From NCBI GenBank assembly GCA_965153355.1, contig OZ231126.1:37324001-37388000 (forward strand): DNA of 64,000 bases, in the 5' to 3' direction. The translations under genes were made by a program, and so were the position numbers. A model generated the notes under the pieces. It ran no database searches and was not told the DNA's origin. It saw only the letters and a list, made by a program, of their open reading frames with translations. This DNA is from Flaccisagitta enflata. Taxonomy: Eukaryota. The stretch's first letter is position 1. Each line of letters begins with the position of its first letter. Below are positions 13,974-28,599 of this stretch, piece after piece.

Positions 13974-14537
13974 CTTTCTTCGTGTCGCAATCGGGATCAA
14001 AGGAAGGAACAATGACATTGATGACAGAGCAAACACGTCATCTTCCAATGTGGGCAAATCGTTGAGAGCGATGAAGACGACGACGACGACGACGACGACG
14101 ACGATGGCGAGGATGACTACGACAACAACGACGACGCTCGACGCTGAGGGGGGTTGCGTCATTGAACCCCACCTCCGAAGAGGAGCGGAAGACAAGGTAA
14201 AGTTTACTGACCCGTAACAAAAGTCAGCCCAAAAATATCCTACGGTCGATTGTACCTTTCGTCCAGGTATGACGGTTTTGTGGCCATTATTGGTAAATAG
14301 TACGGTACAAACAGGTGATTTCAGCTAAAAACTATCAGAACAGTAGTTCCAAGGAGTCAAAGCTTTGAAACCCCATCCATCCTGCGTCCTCCCGATTTCA
14401 GCCATCTAGAGACGAAATCATGTTTCTAAAGTTCATTCTTAAGTTACCCATGACAACCCATCTAAATGAAAGTCTTGAACACTTCTGTGGCTCATAACAA
14501 TTCATAGTTGTTTTCCTGGGATAACAATGAACGGATG

Positions 14538-15176
14538 CATACTAGCCTGTACCGAAATGACAATAAACAATAAAATCAGAATTCTACGAGTAGTTCTTGT
14601 TCTGGGGCTGTCTTGGGCTTCTAATGACATCAATTTTGGTCTGAAAAGTTTGCATCTTGCTGGCCGCGCCTTACCTTTAACTTTCCTCAAGCCTATAGGA
14701 AACCAAAAAATACAAGTTACTCAAATCCCATTTCTGACTGCATATTTGAAATCTGCATGAAAAACTGATGATTGAAAGTGCTTTTCTTTTTTCAAAATTC
14801 CTTCGGGATCATAGTCAAAATTCATTTTGAAGATATGAAAAAAAGGTAAGTTTGATGATTTTACATATAAATATAAGAGAAAGGTAAGTTTTGCAAACTT
14901 TGATGTTTATTTTGAACACCTTTTAGTTGGAATATTGAAAAAAGTAAAATTAACGGTTTCTGAATTTCAAATCTGCAGTCAAAACAGAGATTAACGCACT
15001 TTGAAATTTTTTGTTTCCCATAGAGGTAGGTTGAACAAAAGGTAAGGCGCAGAAAGCTTAATGTAGGATATGAGTGGCAAAATTGATCTCAACAGGAGCC
15101 CAAGACAGCCCCACAGCATGAACTGCTCGTAGAATGCCAATTTTATGGCTTTTAGTCATTTAGGTACAAGCTAATG
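14538..15176. mobile_element. MITE with long imperfect TIRs
   Basis: tagcctgtaccgaaatgac...ttctacgag...ggggctgtcttgggct vs agcccaagacagcccc...ctcgtagaa...gtcatttaggtacaagcta. Confidence 0.7.
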
Positions 15177-18100
15177 TATACAGTGAAAACTTGAAATAAA
15201 AACAAAAAACAAAAACAAGAAGTTTCTAAGTTCCCCACTCTTTTGAGCCGCTGCCCAAATAAACAAGGAGAAAAACACACACACACGAACATTTGTACAG
15301 AAGATAACACTTTTGGACTTAACGAGGTTTTCTTGATCGGCACAATTTTCGCGTCGCCGCTTGAGAAGTCCACAGGATCCGAGGGATCTAAAGTGCCGGA
15401 CAAAATCTGATGCTTTTACGAGAGATTATACCCCATTCGCTGACAGATATGGATATCTGAAATTAGTAGTTAGGTCTCTAGAGTGGTTGGTACTTTTTTT
15501 TCTCTCGATCAGCGCAAGAGTAGCCACAGAGACACAGGATATGAAACCCACAGGTCGATATTGTGAGAATCTATCATTTGATAATCATTATGTGTTTCAT
15601 AAATCATATACGATCATGAAAAAAATTCTATCAGCATGCAACTAAAAAGTGGGCTGTTGAAACAAAAAGGATGAGCTAATTTGGATGGACATATGCGGAA
15701 CATAGTGTGCATACGATAACAAATACGGCCTAGGAAAGTATCGTTTGTGTAAGACAGCCTTGTCAAGAAGTGGACACATATCTTGAAGAGACCCAACACA
15801 CACACAGAGACTGAACCCTAGCAACAGCGGCGGGGCGGCTAAAGACAGACAGAAAGGGACAAATAGTGAAATTAACGAGAGAATGAAGGGCCGCGAAACG
15901 GAGAAAGAAAGTGAGATGAGGAAAGAAAATCGCTAATCCAACACAGAAACATTAAAAGAGAAAGAGAAAAAGAAAGAGAAAGAGAAAGAGAAAGAGAAAG
16001 AGAAAGAGAAAGAGAGGGTAATGATATAGCGATTCAAAACAGAGTGGAATGTTGAAATGTTTAAGAATTTACCACAGAAAAAAAGGATTAGATTTACTCG
16101 GGTCCTGAAAACCAAAAAATGGGTCAGTTCTCAGGTGGTTTATATTCTAAGAGAGGGCAGGTAGTTTTTTCTTGGGTAGAGCAGGAAGAAATGGGGAAGA
16201 AAACGAGGTGGTAGAACAGTGGTGACCACGAATAGCGCAGTGGCCCGCGGTGGTAGTGCCACTAGTGGGATCGGGGAAGGCTAGTCGTCGAGGAAGGAAG
16301 AAAGAAAGAAAAAAAAGGGAAAGAAAGAAAGAAAGACAGAGAGAATGAAAGAATGAAAAGAGGAAGAACGAACGAAAGAAAGAATGAAACGAGAAAGAAC
16401 GAACGAACGAAAGAAAGATAGAAAGAGGCGGTAGATGGCCTCTTAAATCAGCCGACAGTCAAAATCGCGGACAGGGTCTCAATTGAAGGGTCTAAAAATG
16501 ATTTAAACATCTCCGATCCAATCAATTCTTCCGTCGACTTGACTGAAAGACGATCGGCTTGAAGATGTTGACGACGACGTTGACGACGACATAAAAGACG
16601 ATGAAGACGACGAAAAAGACGATGACGACGACGATGACGACGATTATAACGTTATAACAAACGACAACGAGATCAGTTTAGAGCCGCGTTACGAAATGTT
16701 ATCCTACTTTTACATCCCGAAAAAGGGCCATAATTTTACCGAATTAACCCCTTTGGTCCTTTTGTTCAAGCCGGTCAAGGTGGGTCGAAGAGGAACGCCT
16801 CTAATCGACGCGAGATGACGGTACTGGTAGTAAATTATCGAAAATGGACAGAGAGAGAGAGAGAGAGATTTCAAGGAGAGTTGAATAGAATGTCTTTCTC
16901 TAAAATAACTAAGGGTTGGCGCCCTGGTATGGGCGCAGTTTGCGTGGCCACCTTGAGATGCGTGGCGACTCCTCACTCGCGCACAGCTAGGCCCACGGGT
17001 CACCATTCAAACATTAATGGAAGAGGAGTAGCAAGACATCGACGCTACCTTCAAAACTCAATAGATTTTCTTGGTAACATATTGCCGCTAACAACGATAC
17101 AGGATCATGCGTACAAACCACAAAATCCCTATACTGTTTGCTCAATGCATTTTTGTGAGAATCGGCATGAAAAATTTCAACATCTCAATACAGTGGAATA
17201 TGAATAAATATTTTTTGAAAATTGATCAAACTTGGATATTGCGAATAGAATATTCCAAGATAACCGCTCTAAATAAGTACAGCTATATGCAAATCGATTT
17301 AAGCGTCCACAGTTTTGCTTACAGCAAGACCTTTGGACGAAATCTGGTTGACCGAAGAACAGAGAAAATAAATGAAAAATTAAGAAGAAGAAAAGGAAGA
17401 ATACAATCAAGATAATAGGGCCTAGGGAAGAGGGTGTGCTTGAAACCCAGGGCGGAAGTTTGAAATAGACTATAATTAGTATGATTATATCGCGGGTTGA
17501 CAAAAATTTCTTTGATTGTATTCATATCTGTCACTTGGCTTTGACTCCCAACTGAGTGGTATCCACTCTTTATTCCTCATTTCCCATCGCCCAACGCCTT
17601 TTCTCTTGTCTCCTGCTCATCCGTCTCCTCGTACTGAGTCTTAAAACCTTAAAACCTTCATCATTCTTTGCATCAAATTTCCAACCCTTTTTTAATTCAT
17701 TATACATCTTTCGCTCATCTGTAAACACTAGAGTAGAATTTTCGTTTCCAAATTGGGTTAAAACGATCAACTGCATTTGCGTGATTGTTAATCAACACAC
17801 TTGATCACATGATCAGACTATCTACCCCAGACCATACACGTGACAATAAAGATAGATGTCGTTCATTCAGCCACGACATTGTAATAAATGAGTGGAACGG
17901 CCGAATTTGGTATGTTCTGATGAAAGCCTATCAAAATGGCAAGAAAATGGTTTCCAATGTTTCTCAACTTGTGAATTCCACCACCCAAATTCGCTGCGGA
18001 AAAAAAAAGAGAAATGAAAAAAAAGACGAAAAAAAAAAACAACCCCGATTCTTGTCGGTGAAAGATCATTTCTGGCAGTTTTCGGTGAGAGAATTGGTTT

Positions 18101-21100
18101 TTGAGAGTCTTTTTAGTTGCGGACACGCAACTCTATAAGAGCCTTTGTCCGTCGGTCTGTCGGTCCGTCCGTCGGCCCGTCGGCCCGTCCGTCTGTGAGC
18201 ACGAGACGAAAAGTGTGAAAACGCGCATTTCCGCCCCTACCCACCTGTCCGCATCTGGTATGGCCGTGTATCCGGCCTTGTTTCTCTGATTTTTTTTTGA
18301 TTTTCCTGATATTTCTGACTTATTTTTTTGGGCCCCTGACAACGAGGATTCATCTGAAATTCCGGACGTCAGTGCCTGACCCTCTTTAGTATTCTTTACC
18401 TCCCACTCAACCCGATTTGGTGTCTGACTCTGTGGTAAGGCATATTTCTATCTGTATGTCTGTCTCTCTCTGTCTCGCTCTGTCTCTCTCTGTCTCTCTG
18501 TGTCTCTCTTTGTCTGTCTGTGTCTGTCTCTGTGTGTCTCTCTCTCTCTCTCGCTCTCGCTCTCGCTCTCGCTCTCATATAAATATAACTCTTAAACTCT
18601 TAAAAAATATATCTCTCCTCTCTCTCTCTCTCTCTCTCCAGATAGTAATAATGTGGACACTGGGACACACACTCATAGTTAGCTACAGAGAGTTTGACAG
18701 AATGAGATACAGAGAGACAGAGAGAGAGACAGACAGACACAGAGGCAGAGACAGGCAGTAGTGACATAAACAGAGGCTCATCTAGACAGTTTTAAACAGT
18801 TTTAGAAACACAAAGGGAACACGACAGTACGTCCCACGCATGGATAAACAGGCTATCATTATCAAAGAAAAAAACTTGATAATATGTGGAAGACACAGCT
18901 TCCCATATGATAACGGCAGACAACCATCGACCATAAACGCGAATGAATGACAGAGAAATGGGTTTGAAAAAAATTAAATCTGTCCCAAGTGATATTTGTG
19001 ACATTAATGAATTCACAACATGAAAGTTTTTTTTCCTTGTTCAAATGTGTTTTTTTTTCATAATTCACTGACGACTGAAAGCAAGAAAGAATTTTGAAAT
19101 TAATTGATATGTTCGACGTCGACAAGGAAGAGAGAAAAGAAAGAGTAGCACGAAAGAAAGTTTGGAAGGACAATGCCCATGGTATATGAAAAAACTGCAA
19201 GGGATACAGTTCATTTTCAATCGTCCGATAACAATCTGTAAAAAACCCGAAGAAACTCAATATTTACTATAGCTTTCAAAACAAATAGCAATGAGAATAT
19301 GTTGTGGGAATGATGTGGGCACCACTGCAAAGTGCAATGATTTCCATACAAACGATGGGTCCTATGTTTTGATGTGATATACCTTACTTGACTCACTTAT
19401 CATTTCAGCTTTTCATGCTTTTTAGGTGCGACAAAGCACCTCTATAATTGGCTGTGTCCGTCGGTCGGTTGGTCGGTTGGTCTGTCGGTACGCTTCGTTC
19501 AGCGATCCACATGTCGCTACCATATTAGCCTATAGCCTTATTTTGGACAATACAATTATTCATACAAACCTTGGGAAGTAATGAAGCTTGTCCTCGTCAA
19601 GTAAAGACTCGTCAAAAATACAAAACAAAACAAAATAAAACAAAAAACAAAATAACCTATCAGTCGCATTTAAAGACACACAGATTGACCGGAAATGACT
19701 CAGAATAGTTCGATTTACTCTTAAATGACACTTTAAATGACAAAAATAAAATTAATGATAAAAATAAGGCTGGATACACAGCCACCAATTCTGGTGTGGG
19801 TAGGCAGGAAAGCGATAACGTTTTCCCACTTTCAGCTCGATCCTCTCACGAGACCAGCGATATGTAGCCAACCTGAATGTGTAACCGACCAACCGACCGA
19901 CCAGCCGACGGACGGACAGCCTCTTATAAGTGCGTGTCCACTGTAACTAAGTAAAAAGGAATGCTGATGGACAGCAGACCGACCACGACCGACCAACGGA
20001 CAGACGGACAAAGCGGGGTGTAGAGTCGCGTGCACGCAACTAAAAACACAGTTGAGAATACCAGGCCAATTATAAAGATAGAAAAAAAAAGGAGGGAAAG
20101 AGAAAAAAAAAGAGTTACGAAGCGGGAAAAAGCGGGAGGCACTAGGGCGAATTTGGTGATTAAAAGAAAACAAGGCCAACACCTATAAGTCGCGGGCGAG
20201 ACATAAATAAATCAATTTACTTGACTGTTTGATAAATACTGTTAGATATCGATCGTAGGAGGGGCATAACTTAAAATGATGTAGAATGACTTAGAATGAC
20301 TTTCAATGACATGAACTGACATAAAATGACATAAAATGACATAAATGGCGTATAGGACCAAAATAACCTATATAACTTGAAATGACTTATAATGACATAG
20401 AACGAAAATACAACATGTGACCATCCGACTGATGGACGGAATGGGTCATAGAGTCGCGTGCACGCGCCTAAAACATGAACTGGGAGAGATGGAGAGAGAA
20501 AGAAGCTTACTTTCAGTGGATGTCGTAAATTGTTTTTAAAAGCTCATATCTGTTGTGATTGGAGGCGAGGGATGGTGTCGAGGTCGGCCGGGACAAGCAT
20601 GAGTCGGATTTATGGGATTGGGTGGACCTTTTGCATGAGTTACTCCCGAGTTAACATGGCGTCTATGACGGAGATGGCCCAGCGTCTTGTCCACGGGATG
20701 AATTCGAGGGGAATGAGACAAACTGATACACAAAACGCATGTGTTTTTAAACAGTGACAAGTAATTGCAAAGCGACAGCGACAAGGTAAGATATGCCGAA
20801 TGCGTGAATGGAAATTTTCATTGCTCCATTCAATTAGCATAGAATATGGTTGATAAACCAAAATTTCACCAAAAAGGGCGTGTACTTGTTTCATTAACTT
20901 ACAATACTAACCTAATTTGTTAACCTTTATAAAATTGGTGATGATATGAACAGGCGTGTTAGTATGAGCAAATTCATTTCACAGTGTATATTGAAAGGTG
21001 AAAAAAAGCTAGAAAAAAAAATGAAGAAAAAAAAAAAAACTCGGGCCAGGCGCAAAAAAATAACTCAGAAACGCCGTAACTCAAGCGCTCAAACGTTGTT

Positions 21101-21165
21101 TATAATAATCATGGATACCATGGAGGAAGAGGAAACATATGCGCATCTAACTATTTGTATGTGTA

Positions 21166-21258
<93 letters not shown>

Positions 21259-21990
21259 TCAAACACAAATGTATTAACCAAAGTTTGGCGGTTAAAGTGA
21301 GTCTGTGAAATGAGTCTTTCAGAGACGAGAGATGAGCTGATAATTACCAAGCCAGAAAAGAAGAAGAAAAAAAAAAGAGAAAAGAAAGGAAGAAAAATAT
21401 AATCTTGAATGGCTCCAGCTCTAGATGTTGATAATGATGCCCTTGCACTAGATCTGCACCGAAAAAAAAAAGATTTCCAATCAACTTTGATTTTCTTCCC
21501 TCGACCTAAATTGCGCCCAACGGTTATTTCTTGAAGGAAGTTTTATGAAACAACATTCGCGTTGATCTAAAACCACGGATAAAAAAGTAAATCAAGCCCC
21601 GAATGGCGGAAAACATATCATCAGCTCCATAAACTTACGCATGCGTTCTTTCTTAAACTTCACAAAATTAAAGTAAACATCAACACGTGTAACCTTTTAG
21701 TGCACTATTTTCTCTCGCAGGAAAAAAGTAAGTGAAGAAAAAAAAGAAGGAATGAAAAGAAAAAGAAGAAAATATTTTTGAGAAAGAGTGGAGAGGAAGA
21801 AGAAGATGAAGAAGACGAAGAAGACGAGAGAAATAGAAATAGACAGTGAAAGGGAAAATGAAAATTTGATTTGTAGCAGAGGGGGCTGTTCCCATCGAGG
21901 CATGAAGGCGGTGAAATATCAGACAGATGGAGGGAAGGATGGATTTCTTTCTCAGTTATGGTTGTCCTACAAAAACGCATGATCTGCTGA

Positions 21991-22065
<75 letters not shown>

Positions 22066-22646
22066 TTCTCTGTTTTTTCAGGTTTTGCTAGGTGCGGTCA
22101 ATTCTTGGTGTAAAACGATACGTGCTTCTTTGAAAAACGTTTGAGTGGGATGATTAAGTTGGGATATACATCCCATTCGCTAAAGAGAGTATGCAAGAAT
22201 GATACGTAGACTTGATGAGCTCTTCTTTAACAAACAAACAAACAAACAAACAAACAAACAAACAAACAAACAAACAAACAAACAAACAAACAAACAAACA
22301 AACAATCAAACAAACAAATAAACAAACAGACACAAGCAAATAACGACGAGGACGGGACGATAATAAAGCAAAAGAATTTAACCAAGGAAACTAATTCCGC
22401 TTGAGATACAGTGGATGTCGTCCAGGCTTGGAAATATGGGGAACTCAATGTATAAATATTATAAGGTACTATGGAGTTGGGCGTCTCTTTCGATTAAAAG
22501 TTTTTGAATTTTTAAAAAACTGAAATGCTGATTGATAAACGATTGATTAACGTTAACTGTACATTGTAATGTGGTGGTAACGACGTTTTTCCATCATACA
22601 AGCGGAATTCGCCATCCTCGCACACAAACCTCCAAAATGAACTCAC

Positions 22647-22881
22647 CCCGTATTGAATCCAAAAGGGTCGGCTCGTCCGGCAGCCGCTGCGGCGGCTGCG
22701 GCGGCGGCCAGGGGGTTCACGTTAGGGTGGTTGAAATTGCCCCAAAGTTCGTTGAGGTGGGGCAGGAGAGGCGTCGGGGGCGCCGCTCCCGTGGCGACCG
22801 AAGCGGCGGCGGCGGCAGCGGCGGCGGCGGCGAAAGGATACCCGGATGCTGCGGCAGCGGCATAGTAAGCGGCCAGTCCAG
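22647..22881 (-). CDS. Probable Ala/Pro-rich coding exon of an unidentified (transcription-factor/regulator-like) gene
   Basis: GC-rich island with mixed-codon poly-Ala (GLAAYYAAAAASGYPFAAAAAAAAAASVATGAAPPTPLLPHLNELWGNFNHPNVNPLAAAAAAAAAAGRADPFGFNT). Strong donor G|GTGAGT. The candidate acceptor ctgcAG at 22882-22883 has a weak pyrimidine tract, so the 5' boundary is uncertain. Confidence 0.55.
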
Positions 22882-25157
22882 CTGCAGTGTTTGTTTTGGT
22901 GCGGAAAGAGTTTGCGTGGTGTGGATGGTAAAGGAAATTGGGGTGGAAAAGGAGGCGAGGGTGGGGAAAAAGAGATTTTGAAAGTGTGGGAGGAAGGGGA
23001 GGGGGAGTTTGGCGGATATTGGAAAGGGGAGTGGGAGTTGTGGTAAGGGAGAAAGGTGTTGGGGAAGGGGTGAATCGGGTGGGATAAAGGAAGAACAGGA
23101 GTATGTGGGGTGTAGGAGTAGTGACGCATGTTGGTGTTGAGAGAGTGTGAGAGGAGAAAAAAAACATGAAAAAAGAAAAGAAAATGGTAATGAGGCTCTG
23201 AAACATTGAAGGAGAGGGAAAACTAAAGCTAAATAGAAGCAGAATTGAGATTGAAATCAGAAACGGTGCGTTGGTGTCTATTACGCCCTTTTTCATCGAT
23301 AGTCTCGGGGTGGCGTTACTAATACCGTTTTCTATACTGGGAAACAGTGACGTACACTAAGTCGTATCGATTCGCCGATGTAGGTGTGACTTTTTTACTG
23401 TTTGGGTGTGCCGATACGTTTGCCTCTGCTTGAAGTTTATTCGTGGGGGTTATGTACTTATGTTTTTGTTCATCAAAATGCATCTTTAAAGGCGATAACA
23501 GAAAAATCAGACACTCCTTCCTACTGATAGTGATAGGTATTTTGCGGTAATGTTCATTCGTTGATATACCATCGTGGTAATGTAAAGAAATCACGGGAAT
23601 TTCATAAATTCCATCAGTTTTTCTCTTTCATCAATCTTTTGATCACTTTGTTTTCTTTTTTTCTTTCAAGAAAATTTGAGAAAAAAAATTACGGGAATGA
23701 TGAAAAAAACGGGAAGAGAAAAAAAGGGGGAAAAAGGAAATACACACGCTGTTCCATTGCGTCAATTAAAGATAAATCGAGTAATTAACTCGGTAGATGG
23801 AAGCTGATGAAGGCTCATATATCGTGCAAAAAGAGAAAAGAAAATGTCCGATTTCAAGTCTGTTTCTCATCTTAAAATTGATACAAAGAAAACAAAAATG
23901 GGAGTGAGTAGAAAGGAAGAAAGAGAGAACGAAATTGAGAACGAAAAAGAGAGGAAGATGAAAGAAAAAAAGAGGGAAAGCCATGGGCATTGGGCGATGG
24001 GCAGAAGGAAAGCGAGAAGTTTAACAAGATAGAAAAAACAACAGAACAACAGCAGTGATAGATAACAATGAGTCAATGACGACACTATCTATGATCATAT
24101 ATAAGTTGTAACAATAACAGTTGATAAATGAAAACGGCACCGACAGACCGATAGTCAGACATCAATAATTAGAGGATATATATGAATATCGCACTTGGCG
24201 ATATAACTCTAATCTGCTCTTGGTGTAGTCCGTGGATGTTATAAGAATATCAAGCGCGTTCATACAGTTTTTACCTCTTATTTTTCTTTTTCTCTTTCTT
24301 TTTCTTTTTCTTTTTCTCTTTCTTTTTCTTCTTCTTCCCTCTCTCCTCCCCCCACTCTTTCTCCTTCTGCTTCTTCTCCTCTTAACTGGATGAAAAACAC
24401 GGAAAAGTTTTAGGGGCAAAAATCTGTTCATCATTTCCCCTCCGACTTCCATGGATGAAGAAGCGTAACAAAACCCACATTCATACGCGGTAAATCAGAC
24501 ACCATATTCACTCTCTCCCCCCTCTCTTTCATTAACAGCCAATAGATGAAACCAAAAATGAAGGGAGGTAAAATTACGTTGGTACCAAATTCACTCCTTT
24601 CTATCAAACTTAATCAGTGAGTTGTGATGCTAACCCGGGATTTCAATCAGCGACAAAAAAAAATAAGTGGGGCACTTTTGGACGGTGTTCGTGTCGGACA
24701 GACGCACAGACGTGGTGGAAATTCAGACAACAAGTTTAAGTTCTATGGACACCAACGAAACTACGGTACACACCGGACCCTATAGAATGTTGAAACAATG
24801 AGACGAAATATTTCCACTCATTCACCTCTATCGTATTTCCACTAAAAAGCAAGATGCCCCAAGCAAGAACTCCAGCTAGAATTACGAAGATTTTCACGCC
24901 TCTCTGATTGAGACTTCGCCTGAAAACCCGGGGTGGACATAGCAGTACGGCGGGAGGCAAGTTGTTGATATTGTTGTTGTTATTGTTTTATTTATTGTTG
25001 TTGTTATTTGCTATTTAAGTTATATTTATTTATTATTTTATTTATTTATTTATTATTTATTTATTGTTATTTATTTATTTGTTTATTTATTTATTTGTAT
25101 TGTTGTCATTGTCATTGTCACGTTGTCGTTGTGTGTTAGTTGTTGTTGTTGTTGTTG

Positions 25158-25221
<64 letters not shown>

Positions 25222-26363
25222 ATATATATATATATCTCTTTTTCTCACTCTAGCTCATAATTTCTCTCCTTATCTCAATTGATTTTAACCAAAATATTTC
25301 TAGTAAATTTTGTTATACAAGAATAAAGTAAGGCAACCTCCGACTTCGAAATTTCAGCGATGGTTTATTCCGAAAAACGTTTCACAAATATTTATTCTGA
25401 ACAAAAATTCCTCATCTGTTCTGCATCAATAGCAGATGTAAGCAACACCTGTCTCGTCTTCTGCAACCCCTCTAACCTTTACCCCCTCTCTCCTCTTACT
25501 CTCTTCCTTTGCCAACCATTTCTACTCCGCTTGTATCCCAAATGAGTGTCGCACTACTTCCACTACTTCCACCTCTGTCGCACTACTTCCACCCCTGTCG
25601 CACTACTTCCACCCCTGTCCTTCTCCTTATTCAAAAAATCCTACATGTTTTGTCGATCAGCCGCCTTCTTCTTGCCTTTATTTGCTCATTTCGTATTCCT
25701 CAGCAGTTACAATATCATGTCACTATCTGCCACTGGCTAAGCCAAGTCAGGCAGCAAATACACCCCATCATCCCAAAGATTAAAGCCTTTTTCCCTGTCA
25801 GCAATATCGGGATGCCATCGTCATTCTTTTCTCATTGCTTTTATTTCAATCATTTCACCCCAGTTTCGCGGCGCGATATCGAACTCGTGTTCAGCTGTCT
25901 GCTTTACGCGCCTGTGGATTTCTTTCTTTGTATATATTTATCATAGTGCAAGCCTACAGTATCTTTTACTGACAGTTTTAAAAGAATGAAACAGGAAAGT
26001 AGAGGAAGATGGGTAGAAGATAGAAACAAGAAGACAGAATCATAAAGCAAGGTCTAAATGAACAAACCAATCTTATACCTCAGAAATTTCGGTTTAACAA
26101 TAAATCTTTCAAAATTTTATCGCTGCAGAGCTAATATGAGATAGCAGGACAACCTCGTGGGGAATATTAAATTATTCTGACAATGTAGTAGTTTCAAATT
26201 CAAAATGTGGATAACAGGTCAATTTCAAGATCATAAATATATAACGAAACTGTCGTGGATGATCACCTTCTCATGCGTTCATTAGCATGGTTAATCGAGA
26301 GTTATTCCATTAATTCATACATCAGTTTGTTGGTCTGCCACCCATGTCTATTCTTCTATGCCA

Positions 26364-26373
26364 NNNNNNNNNN
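26364..26373. other. Assembly gap (10 N)
   Basis: Run of N. Confidence 1.
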
Positions 26374-28084
26374 CGTAGCACGCGACTAAAAACGGGTCAC
26401 TTCTACCAAATAACAGGTCACTTCTACATAGGGGAACCCGTTCTTATTTCCTATACGCAGTATTACGCATTCTGCGCCATGAGACAGACAGACAAACACG
26501 AAGAGAGCAAAAGATGAAATAAAAGGAAAAAATAAACACAAAACTGATGAAATAAAAAGAGAAAAAAAATCAAAAACAACAAACCATCCTTTACGACATT
26601 TCCAGTTGGCGATAGCTGCCATTACTGACGTTATTAGGGGAAGCTCAAAAATTCGATGTCACTTTAATGAAAATCATTTTTGAAGCAGGCTTAATTAGGC
26701 ATTTCTAAAAGCAAATGTTAAATAGAATATCAATCGGGTTCATTTCTAAGGTATAAAAGACAGCGTTTAAAAATCATAAAACAAATTGGGTAGTGAATAG
26801 AAATCTCATAGATTATTGAAAAAAAATGATACTGATGCATATATTAACCATGCCATGTCCCATTCTCTTCATCCTTTTCATATGAAAACAAAACAGGTTC
26901 TATCAGAACATGAACTCCAGAAAAAACAAGGCTAGATACACAGCAGTCGCAGGACGGTTGAGCAGGGGCAGTAATTAAAAAAACGCTCGCATTTCATAAA
27001 ATTTGACCGGAACGGCAAGGCGTTGAGTCGCGTGTCCGCGAAAAAGAAGGAGAAGAAGAGGAATAAAAAGAAGAAGAAGAAGAAGAAGAAGAAAAAAAAA
27101 GAACAAGTCATCCAAGGATCGCACATGGTCAGCGGTACCTAATGCCCTGCTTGGAGTGATTAGCTGAAGAATTGGAGTGAGAGCAGGGCAGCGGCCCCAA
27201 AGGACACAGGAGTGAATTTCCAGACGTACTGAGAGGGCATATTTGAGGCCTTGGTAGCAACTTCCCATGTTATTCAATAGGAATTTTGCATTTTTTCAAC
27301 TTCTCGTCAATTTACCATGTAATTCAATGGGAATTTTGCATTTTTCTCAATTTTCATTAATTTTCTTTGACAGCATGCCCACGAAGCCAACATTCAGGGT
27401 ATCAAAATAGGTCAAAATAGAAAACATACATCAGTGAATATAGAAAAACAAGTGAATAAAAGTGATTGAGATAGAACATGCATGATATTTGAAAGCAAAA
27501 TTTGCATCCATTTAGCAAGAGACTCAGATTCAGCTTATATAACTGAGAAAGATTTACTGAAAATTTCTACAAATTTCCAGGCCTGTATATTCTTGAGTTT
27601 CCCCCCCCCCCTCCTGTGGGGGGGGGGAGGAAATCAAAGGGTCTGGAAATGGGGAAGGAAATAGAGAAAATAGTCGCAAAAGCGTTAGATGGTCAGCGGT
27701 ACCCGTGCCCTGCCTAAGTTGGTTGTGGTTGAAGTTGAGGGGGGAGCAGGACAGCGGCCCCAAAGGGGTCGATGACCTATGCTTTCACACATATGGGGAT
27801 TTTCTCCTCCTTCTCTCCTCCCTCCCTCCTCCTCCTGCCCTCCTCAAATCCCAGTCTCGGGAGTAATTAAATCCAGTCTCGAGGCCCAACTCCCAGTCTT
27901 GCTCCAAATCCCAGCCTCAAGGCCCAAATCCTGTGCCTAAAGGCTAAACCTAGCCTGGAGGCTGAAGATTTAGACGCAAAAGCGTCAGATGGTCAGCGGT
28001 ACCCGTTGCCCCTATGTGAGTGTATGCAGGTGTGAGGTGGTTAGAGGAGCAGCGGCCCCAAAGGGGCCAATGACCTATGCTGTT

Positions 28085-28599
28085 TTTATTGAGCAGCGGC
28101 CCCAAAGGGGACGGAGTCCTGTAGAACACAGGGGGACTTTTGTTCGTCATTCTGTCCGTCCGTTTGTCCCTGCATCCCCCCCAAGGCCCTCTCAGGCCTA
28201 ACATCTGCCCTCTCAGGCCTGAAATTTACCCTCTCAGGCCTGAAATCTGCTCTCAGGCTTTGAATCTGCCCTCTCAAGCCTGAAATCTGCCCTATCAGGC
28301 CTGAAATCTTTCCTCTCAGGCCTGAAATCTGCCCTCACAGATTCATGGTCTGAGAGGGCAGATTTCAGGCCTGAGATGGTAAATTTCAGGCCTGAGAGGG
28401 CAGATTTTGGCCCTGAGAGGGCCTGGGGGAAACGGATGGATGGGCAGACGGACGAAATGACAAATGAAAGTCTCCCTGTGTTCTACAGGACTTTGTCCCC
28501 TTCGGGGCCGCTGCCCTGCTTCATCTCACTCCATTTCACAATCACGCAAAGCAGGGCAATGGGTATCGCTGACCACATATTGCCCTTGGGCGACCTGTT
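28085..28599 (+). mobile_element. Representative copy of family B (gcagcggccccgaagggg...21-bp ctctcaggcctgaaatctgcc repeats...gggtatcgctgaccacatattgccc...ctgtt)
   Basis: Related copies at ~6590, 10400-10845, 12840-13300, 27105, 27670, 28600-29050, 29130-29480, 33045-33535(-) and 60650-60965. This copy interrupts another element at a T-run. Confidence 0.7.

Noticed and set aside
13970-14200. (GAC)n-rich coding-like segments here and at 16560-16660
   Set aside because: Low complexity, stops nearby, no recognisable domain or consistent splice pair.
17860-19190. Short coding-like stretches (HDIVINEWNGRIW...; DMFDVDKEERKERV...)
   Set aside because: No consistent exon chain or recognisable family.
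20517-20785. GC-richer block with splice-like sites on both strands
   Set aside because: All frames between the candidate sites contain stops; it may be a UTR exon but this cannot be supported.
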